A stretch of 55,935 bases of DNA from a virus (Duplodnaviria > Caudoviricetes). The notes below the pieces were generated by a model. The model was not told the origin of the DNA, did not search any database, and saw only the letters and a program-made list of their open reading frames with translations. The stretch covers positions 1 to 55,935 of IMG/VR virus record IMGVR_UViG_3300042391_000478. One strand, written 5' to 3'. A program made the translations under genes and the position numbers. Positions 1-8,178 of the stretch are shown here, piece after piece; positions within the stretch are counted from its first letter, which is position 1, and the number at the start of each line of letters is the position of its first letter.

Positions 1-609
1 GCAAGTATCTTGCCTATCGTTGACGTTAGCGGCTCTATGAGCTGCCCAGCAGGTCAGTCAGGCTCTGTGACTTGTATGGATGTTTCTATCAGCCTTGGCT
101 TGTACTTGGCTGACAAGAACAGGGGTGTGTTCAAGGACACATTCTTGACATTCTCTAGCAAGCCAGAACTGATGACTCTGAAGGGTAACATCATCGACAA
201 GGTGAACCAAATGAGCCGTAGCAACTGGGATATGAGCACAAACATCAACGCAGCTTTCAACAAGATTCTTGATGTGGCTGTTAAGGGTAACGCTCCGCAA
301 AGTGACATGCCAGCAATGGTATTGATCTTGAGCGATATGCAGTTTGATCAATGCGCTCGGTACGACGACAGTGCGATGGAAATGATTGTACGCAAGTACG
401 AAGCAGCCGGATACACTGCACCAAAGGTTGTGTTCTGGAACTTGAACGCTGGAGACAACGTTCCTGTGAAGAGCGACAAGAGTGGTGCCGCATTGGTTAG
501 TGGATTTAGTCCAGCCATTATGGCCAGCTTGCTAGGCGCAGACGTTGAACAATTCACTCCAGAAGGCATCATGCTTAAGACTGTAATGGTCGACCGCTAC
601 GCTCTTTAA
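1..609 (+). CDS. DUF2828-like / VWA (MIDAS) domain protein, C-terminal part (5'-truncated by window edge)
   Basis: Frame open from base 1 (ASILPIVDVSGSM). DVSGSM MIDAS motif, TFS, LSDMQFD and VVFWNL motifs are typical of DUF2828/TROVE-like VWA proteins. Confidence 0.8.
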   Translation, partial: ASILPIVDVSGSMSCPAGQSGSVTCMDVSISLGLYLADKNRGVFKDTFLTFSSKPELMTLKGNIIDKVNQMSRSNWDMSTNINAAFNKILDVAVKGNAPQSDMPAMVLILSDMQFDQCARYDDSAMEMIVRKYEAAGYTAPKVVFWNLNAGDNVPVKSDKSGAALVSGFSPAIMASLLGADVEQFTPEGIMLKTVMVDRYAL

Positions 610-626
610 AAGTAATACTTTTTAAG

Positions 627-662
627 TACCCTACTAGTGTAATGCTAGTAGGGTATTTTTTT
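627..662 (+). terminator. Rho-independent terminator
   Basis: TACCCTACTAG (627-637) / CTAGTAGGGTA (645-655) 11-bp stem followed by T7. Confidence 0.85.
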
Positions 663-785
663 AGGCTTTAAAGTCCAAAATACAAGCATTTAAACAGCCC
701 TACACGCGGTTTAAACTGGCAAAGGACACTTAGGCCTACCCTAAATCCTGATCGTGCATTGTAGGGCTTGTAAACAGGCATAATC

Positions 786-803
786 TGTTGTTAAAATACA
801 ACA
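786..803. promoter_or_regulatory. Palindromic operator-like site TGTTGT-N6-ACAACA (copy 1)
   Basis: Ends 20 bp upstream of the -35 at 824. Same motif and spacing at 2485-2502. Confidence 0.6.
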
Positions 804-823
804 CTTGATACTACCAGCTCGAG

Positions 824-852
824 TTGACAGGATTCTTGTTTGACAGTATAAT
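824..852 (+). promoter_or_regulatory. sigma70 consensus early promoter
   Basis: TTGACA (824-829) N17 TATAAT (847-852). Confidence 0.9.
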
Positions 853-858
853 ACATAG

Positions 859-1080
859 ATGTATAAAGTAATAAACAATAAAATAGAAACAGAATTTCCT
901 AGCTTAGACACAGCAATGGCCTACGCTAAGACTCTAGATGCTTTTGTTAGCATCACAGGAAGCAAATTTGAAATTGTAGGTATGTTTGGTGTAGACAGCA
1001 TCGAGAACGGTAAGTGTCCAGATGGTGTTACCTACGATTGGAATAAAGCAAGCCGCATTGGCGCTGCAAAAAGACGTTAA
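859..1080 (+). CDS. Hypothetical phage protein, probably leaderless
   Basis: 73-aa ORF. ATG lies 6 nt after the -10 hexamer and there is no SD. Confidence 0.7.
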   Translation: MYKVINNKIETEFPSLDTAMAYAKTLDAFVSITGSKFEIVGMFGVDSIENGKCPDGVTYDWNKASRIGAAKRR

Positions 1081-1093
1081 CGGGAGAATTAAC

Positions 1094-1459
1094 ATGAATG
1101 ATACACTCTGGATACTTTTGGCATTATTTGCCAAACACTTTATTGTAGATTTTCCGTTACAAACAAAATTTCAATGGAGTAATAAAGGTACGTACGGACA
1201 CCCCGGCGGCGTACTACACGCTTGGTTACATGGTATGGGCACTCTACTGTGTCTGTATTGGGTTGCTCCAGTTGCTGCATGGTATCTAGCATTAGCTGAC
1301 ATGGTCGTTCATTATCATATTGATTGGGCTAAAATGAAACTTAATAATAAGTTAGGTTGGGGTCCGACTACACATGAACAGTTTTGGTGGCTATTAGGAT
1401 TTGATCAATTCTTGCATGCCATTACATATATAGGTTTAGTAGCGTTAGTAACAGTATAA
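1094..1459 (+). CDS. DUF3307-like membrane protein
   Basis: KHFIVDFPLQ, H-x3-H, HYHIDW and DQFLH motifs with hydrophobic helices. GGAG SD before ATG 1094. Confidence 0.75.
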   Translation: MNDTLWILLALFAKHFIVDFPLQTKFQWSNKGTYGHPGGVLHAWLHGMGTLLCLYWVAPVAAWYLALADMVVHYHIDWAKMKLNNKLGWGPTTHEQFWWLLGFDQFLHAITYIGLVALVTV

Positions 1460-1469
1460 AGGAAAAGTT

Positions 1470-1940
1470 ATGCCTTGGATTGAAAACGTAGCGGCAGATG
1501 ACATCCCAAAAAGATTTCATCACGAAGCGGGTGAGAACAGTATGCTGATCAGCATTGTTGATCCAGCAAGTTGGCGTCCTACTCCTGCCCATAAGTTCAA
1601 AGAGATTCATAATTTTGAATTTTTGGATGTAGAAGAAAAAGACGAAGTGCTGGAAGAAGCTATGAAGTGCAGTCAAGAACAGGCCGACGAACTTGTCCGC
1701 TTACTGCAACACGCAAAGGATAATCGTATGAATGTGGTTGTTCATTGTTATGCAGGTATTTGCAGATCGGGTGCGGTTTGTGAAGTTGGAGTTATGCTAG
1801 GGTTTGAAGACACTGGTCGTTTCCGTAGTCCAAATTTGTTGGTCAAGCATCGCATGATGAAGGCTTTAGGTTGGACTTATGATGCAGACGAAAAGCCAAA
1901 TATTGATGATTGGCGAACTATGAGGCCTATTGGAGATTAA
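1470..1940 (+). CDS. Tyrosine/dual-specificity phosphatase-like protein
   Basis: HCYAGICRSG = CX5R catalytic loop. Confidence 0.85.
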   Translation: MPWIENVAADDIPKRFHHEAGENSMLISIVDPASWRPTPAHKFKEIHNFEFLDVEEKDEVLEEAMKCSQEQADELVRLLQHAKDNRMNVVVHCYAGICRSGAVCEVGVMLGFEDTGRFRSPNLLVKHRMMKALGWTYDADEKPNIDDWRTMRPIGD

Positions 1941-1941
1941 T

Positions 1942-2133
1942 ATGTATTTGTGTAAAGAAGAAGTCCAAAAGATTTTGGACACAATGGACAAGTTTCCAGA
2001 TGCAAAATCTTTTGAGTTAGTACAGGACAGTCATAGTGGTATCGGTAGCGTTACTGCTTTGATTGTACATACTAAAATTAACGGTCTGGACGGTGAGTTT
2101 AGAACTGAGATTTCGGGTGTGGAGAATTGGTAA
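1942..2133 (+). CDS. Hypothetical protein
   Basis: GGAG SD before ATG 1942, tightly packed in operon. Confidence 0.65.
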   Translation: MYLCKEEVQKILDTMDKFPDAKSFELVQDSHSGIGSVTALIVHTKINGLDGEFRTEISGVENW

Positions 2134-2318
2134 TGAATAATCAAATTAAAAATCTAATGCTCGAAGCAGGTTATGCAGCTCCTGAGATTGCCGGCCGTGC
2201 GCAAGTGTTTAGTCAACTGTTAATTAAAGACTGTATTAGAATCCTGCATAATAATGGGTACGACGATGCGGCTAAATGCTTATCGGACGTACACTTCGGA
2301 ACAACGGATTCGGTATGA
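2133..2318 (+). CDS. Hypothetical protein
   Basis: TAATG coupling, GGAG SD. Confidence 0.6.
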   Translation: MNNQIKNLMLEAGYAAPEIAGRAQVFSQLLIKDCIRILHNNGYDDAAKCLSDVHFGTTDSV

Positions 2319-2482
2319 AAATTAAGTTTGATAAAAATACCATGCCAGACGAGCTATATAATGCACTGCTTCGCCATTTTGTAAACGAAGCGGTTGGGTT
2401 AGGCATAGAGGTTAACAAGTTTACTCAATTTGAAAATTGGGTGATTGAATGTACGATAAACTGTAAAGAATCAGTGCATTAA
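2315..2482 (+). CDS. Hypothetical protein
   Basis: ATGA overlap with the previous stop. Confidence 0.55.
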   Translation: MKIKFDKNTMPDELYNALLRHFVNEAVGLGIEVNKFTQFENWVIECTINCKESVH

Positions 2483-2484
2483 TC

Positions 2485-2502
2485 TGTTGTAGTAATACAA
2501 CA
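2485..2502. promoter_or_regulatory. Palindromic operator-like site TGTTGT-N6-ACAACA (copy 2)
   Basis: Ends 20 bp upstream of the -35 at 2523, same geometry as copy 1. Confidence 0.6.
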
Positions 2503-2522
2503 CTGATCCTGTTAATCTCTAG

Positions 2523-2551
2523 TTGACAGGATCTTGTCACGAGTGTATAAT
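2523..2551 (+). promoter_or_regulatory. sigma70 consensus early promoter
   Basis: TTGACA (2523-2528) N17 TATAAT (2546-2551). Confidence 0.9.
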
Positions 2552-2579
2552 ACATATATACTAGCAAACAAGGACTAAA

Positions 2580-2753
2580 ATGGCAGGCAAAGCAAAATCG
2601 GTTTATTTGACAATTAACCCAAAAGGTACATTTAAAACAGTTTTCACTAAACTGTTCTTTGACGCAAAGTCGTATAATGAATACGTTAAAACAGATGAAT
2701 TTAAAGCCAAATGGCCTGCTGAAGAATTTGATATAGTAAAAGAGACATATTAA
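2580..2753 (+). CDS. Small hypothetical protein (57 aa, not in ORF track)
   Basis: MAGKAKSVYLTINPKG...VKETY*. AAGGA SD, first gene after the promoter, TAATG-coupled to the next gene. Confidence 0.75.
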   Translation: MAGKAKSVYLTINPKGTFKTVFTKLFFDAKSYNEYVKTDEFKAKWPAEEFDIVKETY

Positions 2754-3298
2754 TGACAAATTGGATTACAAGTGACTTGCACTTTGGGCATAAGAACATT
2801 ATGAACTTTTGCCCAGAAACACGAGCACGATTTAGAAATGATGTTGCCTATATGAATAGCGCAATGGTTGAAGAATGGAACCATCGTGTTCAAACAGAAG
2901 ACACAGTTTATATCTTAGGTGATGTAGCTTTTATGTCAGGTAGTGATGCAGCAAAGATGGTTAATCGTTTGAATGGCACTAAGATTTTAGTACGTGGAAA
3001 TCACGATCGCAAAACATTAATGGATGTAAACTTCCGTAATGCCTTTGCTGAAGTACACGATTACTTGGATATTACATATGATGGACACAAGTGCGTCATG
3101 TTCCATTATCCGATCGCTGAGTGGGATCAAATGCATAGAGGTGCGTTACACTTTCATGGCCACTTACATGGTGGTAAGAGTGGTTTGGAACAATACCGTT
3201 GTTTGGATGTAGGAATGGACTCAACTGGTGAAATTGTTATATCCATGGATCGTGCTATCCGTATGATCAAAGACAAGGAAATCAAAAGCCATCACTAA
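2753..3298 (+). CDS. Calcineurin-like metallophosphoesterase
   Basis: SDLHFGH, LGD, GNHD, HYP and HGHLH motifs. Confidence 0.9.
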   Translation: MTNWITSDLHFGHKNIMNFCPETRARFRNDVAYMNSAMVEEWNHRVQTEDTVYILGDVAFMSGSDAAKMVNRLNGTKILVRGNHDRKTLMDVNFRNAFAEVHDYLDITYDGHKCVMFHYPIAEWDQMHRGALHFHGHLHGGKSGLEQYRCLDVGMDSTGEIVISMDRAIRMIKDKEIKSHH

Positions 3299-3319
3299 AA
3301 CTAATACTTGTGTACTATG

Positions 3320-3348
3320 TTGACACTTCTTAGTTTTGGTGCTATAAT
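3320..3348 (+). promoter_or_regulatory. sigma70 promoter with extended -10
   Basis: TTGACA (3320-3325) N17 TATAAT (3343-3348), preceded by TG. Confidence 0.9.
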
Positions 3349-3378
3349 ATACACATAGTAAGAAATAAGGAGTAAGCG

Positions 3379-3915
3379 ATGGAACACTTTACAATGGAAC
3401 AAAGCGGCATAGACGTTGTCCGCAAGGCGCAAGTCTATGCCATGGCTGCTCATGCGGCTGTTGGACAGAGACGTAAGTACACCAACGAACCCTACATTGT
3501 TCACCCTGCCGAAGTTGCCAAGATTGTAGCAGGTGTTCCGGGTTCAACTCCTGACATGGTTGCGGCTGCTTGGTTGCATGATGTTGTGGAAGACACTGGT
3601 TGCACATACACTGACATCCATATGGCCTTTGGTATCGACATCGCTACTTTGGTTGGCTGGTTAACTGACGTTTCTAAGCCCGAAGATGGCAATCGTGCCC
3701 ACCGCAAGGCTATGGATCGTGAGCACAGTGCCTCTGCACCTGCTGAAGCACAGACCATCAAGTTGGCTGATTTGATCAGCAACAGTAAGAGTATCATGCA
3801 ACATGACCCTGCTTTTGCCAAGACCTACTTGGAAGAAAAGAGATTGTTGTTGGCAGTGATGACTAAGGGTGATCCGACATTAATGATAGAAGCTAGAAAG
3901 TTTATCGGTGAATAA
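3379..3915 (+). CDS. HD-domain (p)ppGpp hydrolase-like protein (small alarmone hydrolase, SpoT/Mesh1 type)
   Basis: AH..Q.RK...EPYIVHP, LHDVVEDT and IKLAD..SN motifs of RelA/SpoT hydrolase domains. Confidence 0.85.
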   Translation: MEHFTMEQSGIDVVRKAQVYAMAAHAAVGQRRKYTNEPYIVHPAEVAKIVAGVPGSTPDMVAAAWLHDVVEDTGCTYTDIHMAFGIDIATLVGWLTDVSKPEDGNRAHRKAMDREHSASAPAEAQTIKLADLISNSKSIMQHDPAFAKTYLEEKRLLLAVMTKGDPTLMIEARKFIGE

Positions 3916-4804
3916 TATGTTTCAAACTAAATTGAAAGAGTACGTAGAATCGTCTAACCTAGTTAACATGAAAGATTGTGGCGACGGTATCTACGTGCTC
4001 AAATACAAGAAGAAGGTGTTCTACGATAACTTGTGGAACGAGTACATTGCTGAATGTCGTGGGGCTATTGTGGACAAGGATTTCAACCTAGTGTCGTATC
4101 CTTTCACAAAGATCTATAACTATGGTATCGAAAAGGAAGCACCAGTGCTGACTCTAGATACTAAAGTAACTGCTCACCGCAAGGTAAACGGTTTCATGGT
4201 TGCTTGTACACTACACAACGGTGAGCTGTTAGTGTCTACTACTGGTAGCACAGACAGCCCTTATGTTGCTATGGCTCGTGAACTGATCGACGAAGCAAAG
4301 TACTTAGACCTATGCTCACGCTGGGCAGGTTATACATTTATGTTTGAGTGTGTTCATAAGAACGACCCGCACATTGTTCCTGAAAAGGAAGGCATGTATA
4401 TTCTAGGCTATCGTGAGAACAAGTGGAACACTCCTATTGAACATGACCCGTTCATGTTAATGGAGATGGGCCGTGCTCTAGGTTGCTTTGTACCAGAAAG
4501 CATACTGACTAACATGGCTCAGCTACAAGTGTTGGCTAAGGAATGTCGTCACGAAGGTTATGTATTCTATACTGATGATGGTGTAGGTGCTAAAATCAAG
4601 TCGCCGTACTATTTGACTTCGAAGTGGGTTGCTCGCAATCCACGTACAGACAAATTGGTGAACTTGCAAAATGACATCAAGCACAATCTAGACGAAGAAT
4701 ACTTTCCACTAGTGGACGCTATCCGTGCTAACATTGTTGAGTATACTGCTATGGACGAGCAAGCTCGTTTAGTGTGGGTTCGCAACTATTTGGAGACAGT
4801 ATGA
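3908..4804 (+). CDS. RNA ligase, T4 Rnl1-like
   Basis: ECRG, FTKIYN, K-V-N-G motif I, FMFE, EGYV and KIKSPYY nucleotidyltransferase motifs. Confidence 0.85.
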   Translation: MNNMFQTKLKEYVESSNLVNMKDCGDGIYVLKYKKKVFYDNLWNEYIAECRGAIVDKDFNLVSYPFTKIYNYGIEKEAPVLTLDTKVTAHRKVNGFMVACTLHNGELLVSTTGSTDSPYVAMARELIDEAKYLDLCSRWAGYTFMFECVHKNDPHIVPEKEGMYILGYRENKWNTPIEHDPFMLMEMGRALGCFVPESILTNMAQLQVLAKECRHEGYVFYTDDGVGAKIKSPYYLTSKWVARNPRTDKLVNLQNDIKHNLDEEYFPLVDAIRANIVEYTAMDEQARLVWVRNYLETV

Positions 4805-4992
4805 TTGATGAAAGTCATTTACCTGTAGCCGAACAAAGCCTAGTGTTCCGTTTGCGTAAGCGAGCAGAAATACGTAGGCAGATCCAAGGACGTAAGTCAG
4901 TAGAGGAAGGTAAACCGGATCGCATTGCAGATCTGCTTGAAGAAGCAGCTAACGAGATAGAAAGATTAAAATGCCAAAGTGTTATCAATTAA
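4801..4992 (+). CDS. Hypothetical protein
   Basis: GGAG SD, ATGA overlap, LRKRAEIRRQI...DLLEEAANEIERL. Confidence 0.65.
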   Translation: MIDESHLPVAEQSLVFRLRKRAEIRRQIQGRKSVEEGKPDRIADLLEEAANEIERLKCQSVIN

Positions 4993-5435
4993 TTGGAGTT
5001 CCAGGTGCTGGTAAGAGTACCTGGGTTAAGAATCAAGATTGGGCCCTGGGTCTAACTGTAGTTTCTACAGATTCATTTGTAGAAGCCTATGCACACGAAC
5101 AGGGCAAGACGTATAATGATGTCTTTACAGAATATATGCCTACGGCAGTGGATCTAATGGCTAAAGTTGTTGTTCATGCTCGCGAGCATGGACACGATAT
5201 TATTTGGGATCAAACTAGCACTACTGTCAAAAGTCGTACTCGTAAGTTTCGTATGTTGCGTGACTATGAGCATATTGCTGTAGTGTTCACGACCCCAGAT
5301 CGGGCAGAGTTAGATGTACGATTAGCTGGTCGCCCTGGCAAGCACATTCCGAAGACAGTTGTTGATTCAATGATCAACGGATTTGAAATGCCAACTGAAG
5401 AAGAAGGCTTTAAGGAGATATGGTATGCTGCGTAA
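4971..5435 (+). CDS. P-loop kinase, polynucleotide-kinase-like (AAA_33)
   Basis: GVPGAGKST Walker A, STD, WDQT and R..R lid. Lies next to the RNA ligase. Confidence 0.8.
   Translation: MPKCYQLIGVPGAGKSTWVKNQDWALGLTVVSTDSFVEAYAHEQGKTYNDVFTEYMPTAVDLMAKVVVHAREHGHDIIWDQTSTTVKSRTRKFRMLRDYEHIAVVFTTPDRAELDVRLAGRPGKHIPKTVVDSMINGFEMPTEEEGFKEIWYAA
5403..5427 (+). repeat. Direct repeat X (kinase 3' end containing the RBS and start of the next gene)
   Basis: GAAGGCTTTAAGGAGATATGGTATG, 23/25 identical to 6234-6258. Confidence 0.85.
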
Positions 5436-6195
5436 CCTAGTATTAACATGTTTACTATTACTATCTAATAATGGTTATGCTTTCTATGTATATGGTGGCG
5501 AGCCGCATCGAGAATACGATGTTAGAAAATCCTGGGAGAAAGCAGTAGTGCATGTTCCTGGTAATTTTCTAACTAAGTCGATTGATAATATCACAGTAAG
5601 TAATCCGATGCCTGTGTTAGTATTTCTGCACGGGTGTGCTGGTATAAACGAACAAGAACACCAATGGGCTAATTTCTTAAAATCACAAAAAATTATTGTT
5701 GTGTTACTAGATTCTTACGCTATACCTAACAGAGAAAAAAATTGTGCGCCAGCAAGCTATACTACTAACCTGGGAAAGGTGCCAGTACATGATCTGCGTC
5801 CGGCAGAAGCAGAATATGCAATTTCAAAATTAAAGGAAATGCCATGGGCAGACCCTAACAATATATTCTTAATGGGCTTTAGCGAAGGCGGTATGGGGGC
5901 ATTCCTTACAAGGGAACTCGGACTACGTGGAGTAATTATTTCTGGATTTCCATGTACAGTAAGGGGACGAAGATTCGGTTCGTCTAGAGATACTCCAACT
6001 TTGATCATAAATCATGAAAGTGATCCGTTCTTCATACGTTCAAATGTAGAGTACACGCAATGTTCCGATAGACCCTATTGGAAATTTAGAACGAATACTA
6101 TTGAAGTAATATTATCAGGAAAAGGACACGGAACTGCTCACGCACCTCTTGCACAAGAAGCGGTTAGCAAATTCTTAAAGGAGAATAAAAAATGA
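5425..6195 (+). CDS. Secreted alpha/beta-hydrolase, dienelactone hydrolase family
   Basis: Signal peptide, LHGCAG, GFSEGG nucleophile elbow, D (ESDPF) and H (GHG). AAGGAG SD. Confidence 0.8.
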   Translation: MLRNLVLTCLLLLSNNGYAFYVYGGEPHREYDVRKSWEKAVVHVPGNFLTKSIDNITVSNPMPVLVFLHGCAGINEQEHQWANFLKSQKIIVVLLDSYAIPNREKNCAPASYTTNLGKVPVHDLRPAEAEYAISKLKEMPWADPNNIFLMGFSEGGMGAFLTRELGLRGVIISGFPCTVRGRRFGSSRDTPTLIINHESDPFFIRSNVEYTQCSDRPYWKFRTNTIEVILSGKGHGTAHAPLAQEAVSKFLKENKK

Positions 6196-6258
6196 CTGCA
6201 TCCAAAAGTCCCCAACGACACAGTTTTCAACGAGAAGGCCTTAAGGAGATATAGTATG
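6192..6258 (+). repeat. Chimeric junction Y'-X' (gene-start remnant fused to repeat X)
   Basis: 6192-6239 is 46/48 identical to 6888-6935, and 6234-6258 matches 5403-5427. Joined at GAAGGC. Encodes a 20-aa remnant, MTASKSPQRHSFQREGLKEI*. Confidence 0.9.
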
Positions 6259-6849
6259 TATAAGAATATATTAGCACTGGTATTTTTCGTACTGCCTACC
6301 GTTGTGTGGTCACAAGATCAAGTGCTTATAGATCGGCTTAAGCAAGGCGGTCTGAACATTTTTATTAGACATGCCATCACCCCCGGTAGTGATTTATCTA
6401 AGTTTAATCCGCCAAGCGAACGTCCTAAAGATTGCTCTTCTGGATCACGTCAACTGAATGACGAGGGAAGAGAACAAAGTAGACGTATTGGCAAAAGAAT
6501 AAAAGAACTCAACATACCGATTGGAGAGGTTTATTCCAGTAGCTTTTGTCGATGCGAAGAAACGGCAAAGTTGGCATTTGATAGATTTACGACTGTTGAA
6601 TGGTTGTTGGTTCAACCAGGAGTATTTCAATCGAAACTGGACAGAGAGCTCAGTTCAGTCCCCAGCACCGGATTTTTTCAAAAAACTCCAACTGGGAAAA
6701 ATAATGTATTCATAGGACACGCGGTCACGTTCTTGCCTGGGACTCTAAGCAGAGAGCTGTCCTTGGTTAGATTGCTGGCAGAGGGCGAAGCATTAATCAT
6801 TGAACCAGGTAATCCTCCTAGGAAATTAGGAAGAATTAAATTTGATTAA
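6256..6849 (+). CDS. Secreted histidine phosphatase family protein (Ais/SixA-like)
   Basis: Signal peptide, IRHA, L...G..Q, SS..CRC.ETA and IGH motifs. Confidence 0.85.
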   Translation: MYKNILALVFFVLPTVVWSQDQVLIDRLKQGGLNIFIRHAITPGSDLSKFNPPSERPKDCSSGSRQLNDEGREQSRRIGKRIKELNIPIGEVYSSSFCRCEETAKLAFDRFTTVEWLLVQPGVFQSKLDRELSSVPSTGFFQKTPTGKNNVFIGHAVTFLPGTLSRELSLVRLLAEGEALIIEPGNPPRKLGRIKFD

Positions 6850-6887
6850 ACGGTTATGCAAATAAATATATTTTTAAGTAAATTAAA

Positions 6888-7427
6888 ATGACAGCATCCA
6901 AAAGTCCCCAACGACATAGTTTTCAACGAGAAGGCTATGTTAAACGTTGTGAAGAAAAAGGCGAAGAACCTAACCCCAACTACTTAGATCTGTTTCAAAA
7001 GATTCTAGAGGATGCTGATAAAAAATGGCAAACTCCCGAATCTATGAAAAACAACATGGAATATGATCTTGTAACTACTGATTGGATCCTAGCAAAGGCT
7101 CGGGCAAGCAAGTCTTACGCACAAAATCTATATGCCGCAATTTGTAATAATGATTTTACCAAAAGAGAAATGTGGCCTATTTTAAAAGAAGAAAAATGGA
7201 GTGCAAGTTGGAGATCAGCCGGGGGTATTGTTGCAGACATGCGGCAAGAAGGCGACTACATTGATTGGTATTGTTCTGGTATCGGAGGTCAAAATGCTGA
7301 ATACAATAGCGAAGAAACTAACGATCAATGGCAAGCTCGTACAGGTTATGTTCCTGAAAGTGTTGTTACACAAGAAATTGAAGACGATTTACACAAATTG
7401 GGGTGGTTAGTTATACGAGGAGAATAA
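6888..7427 (+). CDS. Hypothetical phage protein
   Basis: 179-aa ORF (YAQNLYAAICNN, SWRSAGGIVA, DYIDWYCSG). TAAATA at 6863. Confidence 0.8.
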   Translation: MTASKSPQRHSFQREGYVKRCEEKGEEPNPNYLDLFQKILEDADKKWQTPESMKNNMEYDLVTTDWILAKARASKSYAQNLYAAICNNDFTKREMWPILKEEKWSASWRSAGGIVADMRQEGDYIDWYCSGIGGQNAEYNSEETNDQWQARTGYVPESVVTQEIEDDLHKLGWLVIRGE

Positions 7428-7434
7428 ATACTAG

Positions 7435-8178
7435 ATGCGAACTGATATTGAAAACTCAATTGTTGAATCGAACCTAGGCGATACATTTTCTAAAGAGCAA
7501 TTCCTTAGTCAAAGCGAACTGTCTTTTTTTATTAACTACTTTAAACAAGCTAGCGAACGAATTCATAAAACTACCGGCCCGGTTACTAGTCAAGAACTAC
7601 GAGATATTTTTACAACTGTTCCAGAGTTCATTTCGTTATTTGATAGAATTAAATCAATCATAGGCGAGTGCGAGATATACACGGCATTTTATTTTCACGT
7701 CGATACTCCACACGTAATTCACAACGATGACGATAAATCATATCCAGTTGTGTACAAGGCTATAACCATTCCTCTCGAATTAGAGTATGAAGATACAAAT
7801 GAAAACTATCCATACTTGTGTTTCTTTGATCAGTATTATTTAAAAGGTCCTGCTAAGTTTTTCAAAGGTGGCGCAAATATTGCTAGTTATTATAATCAAC
7901 CAGTTTATGACTATGCTGATGTTAAAAATAAGTCATCTACACTTATAGATAAACAAACGTATCAGCAGTATCTTACTCACATTAAAATAAGACATTTAGA
8001 GGAGTTAAGTTTAAAATCTGTTGAACTGTGGAAACCTACAAATGCAATATTTTTTGATTGTGTACGATTACATTGTGCCAGCGATTTTAAAGCAGCAGGT
8101 ATCAAAAAGAAACTAGGATTGAGTATTTTTACAAAACTAAAAATTAGTGCGGATGTTGCAGATGCGCAATTGCCTTAG
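7435..8178 (+). CDS. 2OG-Fe(II) oxygenase-fold protein
   Basis: PHVIHNDD (HxD) and IFFDCVRLHCAS (distal His). Confidence 0.6.
   Translation: MRTDIENSIVESNLGDTFSKEQFLSQSELSFFINYFKQASERIHKTTGPVTSQELRDIFTTVPEFISLFDRIKSIIGECEIYTAFYFHVDTPHVIHNDDDKSYPVVYKAITIPLELEYEDTNENYPYLCFFDQYYLKGPAKFFKGGANIASYYNQPVYDYADVKNKSSTLIDKQTYQQYLTHIKIRHLEELSLKSVELWKPTNAIFFDCVRLHCASDFKAAGIKKKLGLSIFTKLKISADVADAQLP

Noticed and set aside
608-622. Palindrome AAAAGTA-A-TACTTTT at the end of the first gene
   Set aside because: Single AT-rich copy in this window, not distinguishable from chance
2659-2678. TTGACG...TATAAT inside the 2580 ORF
   Set aside because: The spacer is only 8 bp, incompatible with sigma70
5403-6935. 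Repeats as integron attC sites, IS target duplications or CRISPR repeats
   Set aside because: No inverted-repeat attC structure, no integrase or transposase, and no regular spacers. The repeats are fragments of the flanking genes
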